From Burkholderiales bacterium (lineage in GTDB: Bacteria; Pseudomonadota; Gammaproteobacteria; Burkholderiales; SG8-39): DNA of 64,000 nt. The notes under the pieces are model-generated. The model saw only the letters and a list, made by a program, of their open reading frames with translations, searched no databases and had not been told where the DNA came from. The translations under genes were made by a program, and so were the position numbers. Shown one piece after another: positions 52,549 to 61,300 of the stretch. The DNA lies in contig JAOAFL010000032.1 of assembly GCA_026416295.1 (NCBI GenBank), positions 655-64,654 of the forward strand, given 5' to 3'. Positions within the stretch are counted from its first letter, which is position 1; every line of letters begins with the position of its first letter.

Positions 52549-53762
52549 GCAGAAACCTCCGGCTCGAGCGGCGCCGGGCGCACGCCCGCGCGCGCGAGCG
52601 CCTCGACGATCTCGCGCGCGTGTTCGCGGTCGCGCGTCTCCAGCACGAACTCGACTTCGGGGGAGCGCACCGACGCCGGTCCGAAGACGCGCTGGTGGTG
52701 CACCTCGACGACGTTGCCGCCGTGCGCGGCGATCGCCGCCGCCGCCTTGGCGAGGCTGCCGGCGACATCGGGCATGGTGACCCGCAACCGCACGAGCCGC
52801 CCGTCGCGAACGAGGCCGCGCATCAGCACCGCCGCGAGCACGCGCGAGTCGATGTTGCCGCCGGTGATCGGAATGCCGACCCGGCGCCCGGCGAAGCGCG
52901 CGCGCTGCTCGATCAGCGCCGCAAGGCCCGCGGCGCCCGCGCCCTCGGCGACGGTTTTCTCGATCTCGACCAGCGCGACGATCGCCTGCTCGATCGTTTC
53001 CTCGGCGACGACGAGCACTTCGTCGACCAGCGCGCGCGCCATCGCGAGCGTCAGCTCGCCGACCTCGCGCACCGCGAGACCCTCGGCGATCGTGTCGCCG
53101 CCCACGCGTACCGCCTCGCCGCGCAGCCGCTGCGCCATCGCGCACCAGTTCCGCGACTCGACCCCGATCACCTCGATGCCGGGCTTTACCGCCTTCGCGG
53201 CGCACGCCATGCCGGCGATCAGGCCGCCGCCGCCCACCGGCACGACGAGCGCCTCGAGCCCCGGCGCCTGCTCGAGCATCTCGAGCGCCACCGTGCCCTG
53301 GCCGGCGACGATCGCCGGATCGTCGTACGGGTGCACGAAGACGAGCCCTTCGCGCGCGCCGATCTCGCGCGCGCGCTCGGCCGCCTCGGCGAGCGTGTCG
53401 CCTTCGAGCAGCACCTCGGCGCCGTGCACGCGGGTATTGGCGATCTTCGCGTTCGGCGTTCCGCGCGGCATCACGATCACCGCGCGGATGCCGAGGCGCG
53501 CCGCGTGATACGCGACGCCCTGCGCGTGGTTGCCGGCGCTCATCGCGATCACGCCGCGCCGGCGTTCGCGCGCGGAGAGCGAAAGCAGCTTGTTCAGCGC
53601 GCCGCGCTCCTTGAACGAGGCGGTGAACTGCAGGTTCTCGAACTTCAGCCAGACGTCCGCTCCGGTGAGCGCCGAGAGCGTGCGGCTCGGAAGGCAGGGC
53701 GTACGCTCGACCGCGCCGGCGATGCGGGCCGCCGCGGCGCGGATGTCGGCCAGGCTCACCAT
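52545..53762 (-). CDS. threonine ammonia-lyase (threonine dehydratase) with C-terminal ACT-like domain
   Basis: 405 aa. The PLP motif FTASFKERGA is present, along with SAGNHAQGVA, GGGGLIAG and a regulatory C-terminal domain. Confidence 0.88.
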   Translation of the reverse strand: MVSLADIRAAAARIAGAVERTPCLPSRTLSALTGADVWLKFENLQFTASFKERGALNKLLSLSARERRRGVIAMSAGNHAQGVAYHAARLGIRAVIVMPRGTPNAKIANTRVHGAEVLLEGDTLAEAAERAREIGAREGLVFVHPYDDPAIVAGQGTVALEMLEQAPGLEALVVPVGGGGLIAGMACAAKAVKPGIEVIGVESRNWCAMAQRLRGEAVRVGGDTIAEGLAVREVGELTLAMARALVDEVLVVAEETIEQAIVALVEIEKTVAEGAGAAGLAALIEQRARFAGRRVGIPITGGNIDSRVLAAVLMRGLVRDGRLVRLRVTMPDVAGSLAKAAAAIAAHGGNVVEVHHQRVFGPASVRSPEVEFVLETRDREHAREIVEALARAGVRPAPLEPEVSA

Positions 53763-53797
53763 GCCTTCAAGCTAGCACAGGCGGCTAAAATCGCGCC

Positions 53798-54751
53798 ATG
53801 CCGCGCACGATCCTCGCACTGCTTGCCGCCGTCCTCGTTTGCGGCGCTGCCCACGCCCAGTACCCGAGCCGCCCGATCCGCATCGTCGTACCCTTTACGC
53901 CCGGCACCGGCGTCGACATCCTCGCCCGAACCTTCGGCCAGAAGCTCGGCGAGCGGCTGAAGGTCGGGGTCGCGGTCGAAAACCGCGCAGGCGCGAGCGG
54001 CAACATCGGCACCGAGGCGGTCGCAAAGGCGGCCCCCGACGGCTATACGCTGCTCATGACCGCGACGACGCTCGTGCAGAGCGTCGCGCTGCACAGGACC
54101 GTGCCCTACGATCCGAAGGCGCTCACGCCGATCGGGCTTGCCGCGATCGGCAACCTCGCGCTCGTCGCGCATCCGTCGTTGCCGGCAAAATCGGTCGCCG
54201 AGCTGGTCGCGCTCGCCCGATCGCAGCCGGGGCGGCTGCACTACGCCTCGCCCGGCAATGCGACGCCGCACCATTTCGCGATGGAGCTCCTCAAGCTGCA
54301 TTTCGGCATCGACCTCGTACATGTGCCGTACAAGGGCAGCGCCGGCGCGGTGACCGACCTTCTCGGCGGGCAGGTGCCGCTCATGTTCCTGCCGGTGCAC
54401 GTGGCGCTGCCGCACGCGCAGGCCGGAAAGCTCGCGATGCTCGCCTCGGGCGGCGCGCAGCGCTCGCCGGCGACGCCGGAGGTGCCCTCGCTCGCCGAGG
54501 CCGGCGTAAAAGACATCGACGTCGACATCTGGTACGCGCTCTTCGGCCCGCCCGGCCTCGCGCGCGACATCGTCGCGAAGCTGAACGAGGAACTCGCCGC
54601 GATCCTCGCGATCCCCGAGGTGCGCGCAAGCCTGCTCAAGCAGGGGCTTGCGCCCCGCACCAGCTCGCCCGCGGAACTCGCGCGCCTGGTCGAAGCCGAC
54701 CTCGAGCGCTGGGGCCGCGTGGTGCGCGAGGCCGGCATCCGCGCCGACTGA
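53798..54751 (+). CDS. Bug-family (TctC-like) tripartite tricarboxylate transporter periplasmic binding protein
   Basis: 317 aa with a signal peptide, then YPSRPIRIVVPFTPGTGVDI and ENRAGASGNIG, which are typical of Bug proteins. Confidence 0.88.
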   Translation: MPRTILALLAAVLVCGAAHAQYPSRPIRIVVPFTPGTGVDILARTFGQKLGERLKVGVAVENRAGASGNIGTEAVAKAAPDGYTLLMTATTLVQSVALHRTVPYDPKALTPIGLAAIGNLALVAHPSLPAKSVAELVALARSQPGRLHYASPGNATPHHFAMELLKLHFGIDLVHVPYKGSAGAVTDLLGGQVPLMFLPVHVALPHAQAGKLAMLASGGAQRSPATPEVPSLAEAGVKDIDVDIWYALFGPPGLARDIVAKLNEELAAILAIPEVRASLLKQGLAPRTSSPAELARLVEADLERWGRVVREAGIRAD

Positions 54752-54760
54752 GGTCGCGCC

Positions 54761-55999
54761 GTGCTTCCGGTGCTGATCGCGGGCGGCGGCATCGGCGGGC
54801 TCACGCTCGCGCTCTCGCTCCACCAGGCCGGGATCGCCTGCCGCGTGTTCGAGGCGGCGCCCGAGATCCGGCCGCTCGGCGTCGGGATCAACCTGTTGCC
54901 GCACGCGATGCGCGAACTCACCGAGCTGGGCCTTGCCGAGCCGCTCGCGCGCGTGGCGGTCGAGACGGCGGAGCTCCGGTTCTACAACCGCTTCGGCCAG
55001 TTCATCTACGCCGAGCCGCGCGGCCGCTACGCCGGCTACGCCTGGCCGCAGCTCTCGATCCATCGCGCCGACCTGCACGAGGTGCTGCTCTCTGCGGTGC
55101 GCGCGCGGCTCGGTCCCGAGGCGGTCGTGCTCGGGGCGCGGCTCGTGGCGTTCGAGCAGGACGCGGACGGCGTGACCGCCCGGTTCGAAAACGGCGCGAG
55201 CGCGCGCGGAAGCTGCCTCGTCGGCTGCGACGGCATCCACTCGGCGGTGCGCCGGCTGCTGCATCCCGACGAAGGGCCGCCGCACTGGCAGGGCATCAAC
55301 ATGTGGCGCGGCGTCACACGCGCGCGGCCGTTCCTTTCGGGCGCCTCGATGGCGGTCGCCGGCTGGCTCGAGGTCGGCAAGCTCGTCGTCTATCCGATCC
55401 GCCACAACGTGGACGGCGAAGGGCGTCAGCTCGTCAACTGGGTGGCCGAAATCCAGTCGCCGCGCAACGTCATGCAGGAGTGGAGTCTGCCGGGCAGGCT
55501 CGAGGACTTCTACCCGACGTTCGCCGCCTGGACGTTCGACTGGCTCGACTGCGCGGCGCTCATCCGCAACGCCGACCTCGTCCTCGAATATCCGATGGTC
55601 GATCGCGAACCGCTCGCGTGGTGGACGAAGAGCCGGGTGACGCTGCTCGGCGATGCGGCGCACCCGATGTACCCGCGCGGCTCGAACGGCGCCGGACAGG
55701 CGATTCTGGACGCACGCACGCTCGCCGGCGCGCTCAAGCGCTCGGGCGGCGACGTCGTCGCGGCGCTGCAGGCCTACGAGTCGATCCGGCTTCCGGCGAC
55801 GCGCGAGGTGGTGCTCATGAACCGCACCGACCCGCCGGATGCGATCCTGCGCGAGGTGTGGAAGCGCTCCGGCGACCGGCCGTTCGCGCGGATCGAGGAC
55901 GTGATCTCGCGCGAGGAGCTGGAGGCGATCTCCGAGCGCTACAAGCGCGTCGCGGGCTTCGACCGCGAGACCCTCGCGCGGCGTCCTTCGCTCGTCTGA
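54761..55999 (+). CDS. FAD-dependent aromatic-ring monooxygenase (group A flavoprotein hydroxylase)
   Basis: 412 aa from GTG 54761. Motifs seen: VLIAGGGIGGLTLAL, GCDGIHSAVR, LLGDAAHPMYPRGSNGAGQAILDA. Confidence 0.85.
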   Translation: MLPVLIAGGGIGGLTLALSLHQAGIACRVFEAAPEIRPLGVGINLLPHAMRELTELGLAEPLARVAVETAELRFYNRFGQFIYAEPRGRYAGYAWPQLSIHRADLHEVLLSAVRARLGPEAVVLGARLVAFEQDADGVTARFENGASARGSCLVGCDGIHSAVRRLLHPDEGPPHWQGINMWRGVTRARPFLSGASMAVAGWLEVGKLVVYPIRHNVDGEGRQLVNWVAEIQSPRNVMQEWSLPGRLEDFYPTFAAWTFDWLDCAALIRNADLVLEYPMVDREPLAWWTKSRVTLLGDAAHPMYPRGSNGAGQAILDARTLAGALKRSGGDVVAALQAYESIRLPATREVVLMNRTDPPDAILREVWKRSGDRPFARIEDVISREELEAISERYKRVAGFDRETLARRPSLV

Positions 56000-56002
56000 G
56001 AC

Positions 56003-56077
56003 TGGTGGGCGGTACTGGGATCGAACCAGTGACCCCTGCCGTGTGAAAGCAGTGCTCTACCGCTGAGCTAACCGCCC
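56003..56077 (-). tRNA. tRNA-Val (anticodon CAC)
   Basis: The reverse complement folds by hand into a cloverleaf. Acceptor: GGGCGGT/ACCGCCC. D stem: GCTC/GAGC. Anticodon stem: CTGCT/GGCAG, with loop TTCACAC. T arm: ACTGG-TTCGATC-CCAGT. The 3' end is ACCA. Confidence 0.9.
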
Positions 56078-56195
56078 GCCGAAGAGGAGAAGCGACGCAA
56101 TTTTACGCGCGCGCCGCCCGCTGCGGCAACCGGCGGCGGGGTGCGTCAACGCTCGGGGCGCGTGCCTGCGGCGCGGGCGCGCCTTTCGCGCCGCG

Positions 56196-56471
56196 TCAGC
56201 CGAAGCGGGCGAGAATCTCGGCCGCCTGACGCAGGCGCTCCTCGGGCGAAGCGCGACGCGCGCCGGACTCGGGCGGCGCTTGGATCGCGCAGGCGAGCAC
56301 CTGAAAGAACGCCTTGTCGAGCGCGCGGCGCGCGGCCGAAAGCTGCTGCGTGACCCGCTCGCAGTCGGCGCCTTGCTCCACCATCGCCTGGATGCCGCGC
56401 AACTGACCTTCGACGCGCTTCAGGCGCAGCACCAGCTCCCTCTTGTGCTTTTCGTCCCGTATCACCGTCAT
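56196..56471 (-). CDS. CsoR/RcnR/FrmR-family (DUF156) metal- or thiol-sensing repressor, two-Cys type
   Basis: 91 aa. The family pattern is KRVEGQLRGIQAMVE..DCERVTQQLSAARRAL. It has Cys37 and Cys61 and only one His (H9). Confidence 0.8.
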   Translation of the reverse strand: MTVIRDEKHKRELVLRLKRVEGQLRGIQAMVEQGADCERVTQQLSAARRALDKAFFQVLACAIQAPPESGARRASPEERLRQAAEILARFG

Positions 56472-56540
56472 CGCTCGTCCTCCGCCATCGCCGCCCTCGG
56501 CCGCGGGCGACGCTTTCGTGCCGCCCGATGCCGCTGAGGC

Positions 56541-56569
56541 TTGACACTGCATACAATACTCCCTATAGT
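56541..56569 (+). promoter_or_regulatory. near-consensus sigma70 promoter: TTGACA - 17 nt - TATAGT
   Basis: The -35 is at 56541..56546 and the -10 at 56564..56569, with an exact 17-nt spacer. It is an AT-rich island in GC-rich DNA, about 65 nt upstream of the DUF2892 ATG. Confidence 0.75.
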
Positions 56570-56571
56570 AT
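56556..56571. promoter_or_regulatory. candidate CsoR-family operator ATACT-CCCTAT-AGTAT
   Basis: A 5-bp inverted repeat flanks a C-tract and overlaps the -10 hexamer. It resembles the TACT-(G/C tract)-AGTA sites described for RcnR/FrmR-type repressors (from memory). Confidence 0.55.
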
Positions 56572-56580
56572 ATAGCGAAC

Positions 56581-56609
56581 GCGGCCGGCGGGAAACCCGC
56601 GCCGGCCGC
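56581..56609 (+). other. stable 5'-UTR stem-loop
   Basis: GCGGCCGGCGGG-AAA-CCCGC(G)CCGGCCGC forms a 12-bp stem with one bulge. It lies between the predicted transcription start and the GAGGAG ribosome-binding site of the DUF2892 gene. Confidence 0.5.
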
Positions 56610-56632
56610 AAAACACAGAGGAGACGCTGACC

Positions 56633-56848
56633 ATGACCACCGAACGACTGATCCGCATCTTCGCAGGCGCATTCGTCCTGCTTTCGCTCGCCCTCGGCGT
56701 CGAGGCGAGCCCGCTCTACGTCACGCACCATTTCCTCTGGTTCACCGCCTTCGTCGGCGCGAACCTCTTCCAGAGCGGCTTCACCGGCTTCTGCCCGCTC
56801 GAGTCGATCTTGCGCCGGCTGGGCGTGAAGCAGGCGTGCGCGGCATGA
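56633..56848 (+). CDS. DUF2892 (YgaP C-terminal-like) small membrane protein
   Basis: 71 aa with GAGGAG upstream. It has two hydrophobic helices and the conserved GFCPLE motif. Confidence 0.75.
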   Translation: MTTERLIRIFAGAFVLLSLALGVEASPLYVTHHFLWFTAFVGANLFQSGFTGFCPLESILRRLGVKQACAA

Positions 56849-57288
56849 CCGCGGCGGCGACGACCGACGTCCTGCGCGTCGCCTGTCCGGCGTGCCTGAC
56901 GACCAACCGGGTGCGGGCGTCGCGCGCGGCCGAGGGCCCGAAGTGCGGCCGCTGCGGCGCGCCGCTCCTCGACGGGTCGGTGCGCGAGGCGGACGCGGCC
57001 ACGCTCGATGCGCTCGTCGAGCGGACCGACCTGCCGGTGGTGGCCGACTTCTGGGCGCCGTGGTGCGGGCCGTGCCGCGCGATGGCGCCGATGTTCGCCG
57101 AAGCCGCGCGCCGGCTCGCTAGCCGGGCGCGCTTCGTCAAGGTGAACACCGACGAACACCCGGCGCTTGCCGCGCGCTACGGTATCCGCGCGGTGCCGAC
57201 GTTGATCCTCTTTCGCGACGGGCGCGAGGCGAAGCGCCAGGCGGGGGCGATGGATGCCGGCTCGCTCGTCCGCTGGATCGAGAGCTGA
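56845..57288 (+). CDS. trxC: thioredoxin 2 (TrxC-type, N-terminal zinc-finger extension)
   Basis: 147 aa with an ATGA overlap. The N-terminus reads CPAC..x..CGRC, then the active site WAPWCGPC. Confidence 0.88.
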   Translation: MTAAATTDVLRVACPACLTTNRVRASRAAEGPKCGRCGAPLLDGSVREADAATLDALVERTDLPVVADFWAPWCGPCRAMAPMFAEAARRLASRARFVKVNTDEHPALAARYGIRAVPTLILFRDGREAKRQAGAMDAGSLVRWIES

Positions 57289-57296
57289 GGCTCCCG

Positions 57297-58346
57297 ATGC
57301 GCGCGCGCACCGCAGGGATCGCGCTTGCCGCCGCGGCGCTCGCCGGCTGCGGCGACGGCGCGCAGGCGCCGATGCCTCCGCCTGCGCCGCAGCTTGCAGC
57401 GGGTGTCGCGGAGGTGCGCGAGGTGGACCTCGTCTATTCGGCCGAGGCGGTGATCGAGGCGGTGCGCCAGTCCACCGTCGCCGCGCAGATCGCCGGGCGC
57501 ATCGTCGAGATCCGCTTCGACGTCGGCGACTACGTGAAAAAGGGCGAGGTGATCGTTCGCATCGACGAGCGCGCGGCGACCCAGGCGGTCGCCGCAAGCG
57601 AAGCGCAGGTGCGCGAAGCCGAGGCGGCGGTGCGCAACGCGCGCCTCAACTTCGAACGCTCGCGAAAGCTCTTCGAGCAGAAGTTCATCAGCCAGGCGGC
57701 GCTCGACAAGGCCGAAGCCGAGTACAAGCAGGCGCAGGCGCGGCTCTCGGCGATGCTCGCCGGCGCGGGCGCCGCTGCGGTCGAGCGCGGCTTTGCCACG
57801 ATCGTTGCGCCCTACAGCGGCGTCGTCTCCGCGCGGCACGTGGAACTCGGCGAGATGGCGGTGCCGGGCAAGCCGCTCATGACCGGGTTCGACCCGGCGA
57901 GCCTGCGCGCGGTGGCGAACGTGCCGCAGTCGCAGGTGCCGGCGATCCAGGCCTCGGGCCGGGCGCGTATCGAGATCCCGTCCGTCGGGCGGTGGATCGA
58001 GGCGAAGCAGATCACGGTGGTGCCGGCGGCCGACCCGCGCACGCACACGACGCGCATCCGGCTCGAGCTTGCGCAGGACGTGCGCGGCGTCTATCCGGGC
58101 GTGTTCGCGCGTGCGCACTTCACGATCGGTCGCGCCGAGCGGCTGCTCGTGCCGCGCGAAGCGGTGTTTCGCAGAAGCGAACTCACCGCGGTGTACGTAC
58201 TGGACGAAAAAGGCTGGCCGCGGCTTCGCCAGGTGCGGCTCGGCACCGCGGGCGACGAGCGCGCGGTCGAGGTGCTCGCGGGCCTGAGGCCGGGCGAGCG
58301 CGTGGCGCTCGAGCCGGTCAAGGCCGGCATGGCGAGCCGAAACTAG
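57297..58346 (+). CDS. RND efflux membrane fusion protein (lipoprotein)
   Basis: 349 aa with the lipobox LAGC. MFP motifs are present (VAAQIAGRIVEI, IVAPYSGVVS). It starts 8 nt after trxC. Confidence 0.88.
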   Translation: MRARTAGIALAAAALAGCGDGAQAPMPPPAPQLAAGVAEVREVDLVYSAEAVIEAVRQSTVAAQIAGRIVEIRFDVGDYVKKGEVIVRIDERAATQAVAASEAQVREAEAAVRNARLNFERSRKLFEQKFISQAALDKAEAEYKQAQARLSAMLAGAGAAAVERGFATIVAPYSGVVSARHVELGEMAVPGKPLMTGFDPASLRAVANVPQSQVPAIQASGRARIEIPSVGRWIEAKQITVVPAADPRTHTTRIRLELAQDVRGVYPGVFARAHFTIGRAERLLVPREAVFRRSELTAVYVLDEKGWPRLRQVRLGTAGDERAVEVLAGLRPGERVALEPVKAGMASRN

Positions 58347-58349
58347 GCG

Positions 58350-61300
58350 GTGCGCGCCATGGGCATCTCGGGCCGCATCGCGCGCTTCTTCCAGGATTCG
58401 CAGTTGACGCCGCTTGCGGCGCTCGTTGCGCTGCTCGCGGGGCTTTTCGCGGTGGCGGTCACGCCTCGCGAGGAAGAGCCCCAGATCGACGTCACGATGG
58501 CGAACGTGTTCGTGCCGTTTCCGGGGGCGTCTGCCCGCGACGTCGAGGCGCTGGTCGCGATTCCCGCCGAGCAGGTGCTCGCGCAGATGACCGGCGTCGA
58601 GCACGTGTACTCGGTCTCGCGCCCGGGGATGGCGGTGCTCACGGTGCAGTTCAAGGTTGGGGTTCCGCGCACCGAGGCGGTGGTGCGGCTTCACGAGACG
58701 ATCGCCGCGAACCGCGACTGGGTCGCGCCGGAACTGGGCATCCTCGACCCGATCATCAAGCCGAAGGGCATCGACGACGTGCCGGTGGTCGCGCTCACGC
58801 TCTGGTGCGAGGACCCCGACTGCGGCGCCTACGAACTCGAGCGCGTCGCGCACGCGGCCGAAGCGGAACTGAAGCGCGTGCCGGGCACGCGCGAAGTGCA
58901 GACGCTCGGCGGCCCCGGGCGCGCGGTGCGCGTGCTGCTCGACCCCGACCGGCTCGCCGCGCACGGCGTCTCGGCGCTCGAGGTGAGAAACGCGCTTCAG
59001 CTCGCGAACGTCGTGCTTCCGGCCGGAAAGCTCGTGCGCGGAAACCGCGAGATCGTGGTCGAGACCGGGAACTATCTGGAATCGGCCGCCGACATCCGGC
59101 GCCTGGTGATCGGCGCGCACGAGGGCCGGCCGGTCACGATCGGCGACGTCGCCGAGGTTCTCGACGGTCCCGACGTTCCGTCGCGCTACGTCTGGACCGG
59201 CACCGCGCGCGGCGAGCATCCGGCGGTGACCATCCAGGTGACGAAAAAGCCGGGCGAGAACGCGGTCGAGATCGCGCGCCGCGTGATGGCGCGCCTTGCC
59301 GAGTTGCGCGGCACGATCATCCCGGACAACGTGCGCGTGACGGTGACGCGCGACTACGGCGCGACCGCGAACGAAAAGGCAAAGCAGCTGATCACGAAGC
59401 TTCTCTTCGCGACGCTTTCGGTGGTGGTGCTCGTGTTCTTCGCGCTCGGGGCGCGCGAGGCGCTGATCGTGGGGGTCGCGGTGCTCCTGACGCTCGCGGC
59501 GACGCTCTTTGCCTCCTGGGCCTGGGGGTTCACGCTCAACCGCGTCTCGCTCTTTGCGCTCATCTTCTCGATCGGCATCCTGGTGGACGACGCGATCGTC
59601 GTGGTCGAGAACATCCACCGCAGGATGCTCGCCGAGGGCCGGCCGCTCGCCGAGGTGATCCCGGCGGCGGTAGACGAGGTGGGCGGCCCGACGATCCTCG
59701 CGACGCTCACGGTGATCGCGGCGCTCCTTCCGATGGCGTTCGTGACCGGATTGATGGGCCCCTACATGAGCCCGATTCCGATCAACGCGAGCATGGGGAT
59801 GCTGATTTCCCTCGCGATCGCGTTCACCGTCACGCCGTGGCTTTCGCTCAAGCTCCTTTCGCACGCGCCGCATGCGCCCGAACGCGCCGGCTGGACCGAG
59901 CGCTTCTTTCCGCGGCTGCTCGCCCCGTTCGTGGATTCGGGGCGCCGGCGGCGCGCGCTCGCGGCGGCGGTGGTGGCGGCGATCTTCGGCTCGGTCGGGC
60001 TCGCGGGCGTTCAGCTCGTGATCCTCAAGATGCTGCCGTTCGACAACAAGTCCGAGTTCCAGGTGGTGGTGGACATGCCGGCGGGAACGCCGGTCGAGAT
60101 CACCGCGGCGGCGCTCCACGACATGGGCGCGTATCTCGCGACCGTGCCCGAGGTGACCGACTACCAGGCCTACGCGGGGCTTTCCGCGCCGATCAACTTC
60201 AACGGTCTCGTGCGGCAGTACTACCTGCGGAACGCCTCCGAAACGGGCGACCTGCAGGTCAACCTCCTGCCGAAGGACCGCCGCAGCCGCCAGAGCCACG
60301 AAATCGCGCAGGCGGTGCGCCCGGCGCTGGAAGAGATCGGCGCGCGCTGGGGCGCGAAAGTGAAAGTGGTCGAGGTGCCGCCCGGGCCGCCGGTGCTCTC
60401 GCCGATCGTCGCCGAGGTCTACGGCCCGGACGAGGCCGGGCGCATCCGCGTCGCGAAAAAGGTGCGCGAGGCGTTCGCCGCGACGCCCGGCATCGTCGCG
60501 GTGGACGACTCGGTCGAGGACTCGGCGCCCCGCATCCAGCTGAAGGTGGACCAGGCGAAGGCCGCGCTCTCGGGCGTCACGCGCCGCGACGTGGTGGAGA
60601 CGATGCGCATCGGCCTTGCGGGCGCGGACGTCACGCCGCTGCACGACGGGCACTCGAAGTACGAAGTGCCGGTGCGGGTGACGCTCCCGGCCGAGCGGCG
60701 CGGCGAACTCGCCGAGTTCCTCAAGCTAACGATCCGCGCGCCGAACGGCGCGCTCGTTCCGCTCGCCGAGCTGGTGAGCCCGGTCGAGACCGAACGCGAG
60801 CGGCCGCTCTACCGCAAGGACCTGCTGCCGGTGGTGTACGTGGTGGGCGACCAGGCGGGCCGCGTGGACAGCCCGCTCTACGGCATGTTCGCGGTGCGCT
60901 CGAAAATCGCCGGCATGCCGCTCGAGGAGGGCGGGCGCCTCGGCGAGTACTTCGTCCGGCAACCCTCCGACCCCTACCGCGAGTACGCGGTCAAGTGGGA
61001 CGGCGAATGGCAGGTGACCTACGAGACGTTCCGCGACATGGGAATCGCCTACGCGGTGGGGCTCGTGCTCATCTACCTGCTCGTGGTCGCGCAGTTCCGC
61101 TCGTACCTCGTTCCGCTCGTCATCATGGCGCCGATTCCGCTCACGGTGATCGGCGTGATGCCGGGGCACGCGCTCCTCGGGGCGAACTTCACCGCGACCT
61201 CGATGATCGGCATGATCGCCCTTGCCGGCATCATCGTGAGGAACTCGATCCTGCTCGTCGATTTCGTCAACCTGAAGGTCGCTGAGGGGATACCGCTTCG

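Noticed and set aside
56003-56077. tRNA-Val as the anchor of a genomic island, and a general search for mobile elements or CRISPR
   Set aside because: No integrase, transposase, phage gene, flanking direct repeat or CRISPR-like repeat array was seen anywhere in the window.
57177-60653. 1158-aa ORF on the minus strand
   Set aside because: It is antisense to the second adaptor/RND pair. Its composition is low-complexity and Arg/Asp/His-rich, with no motifs.
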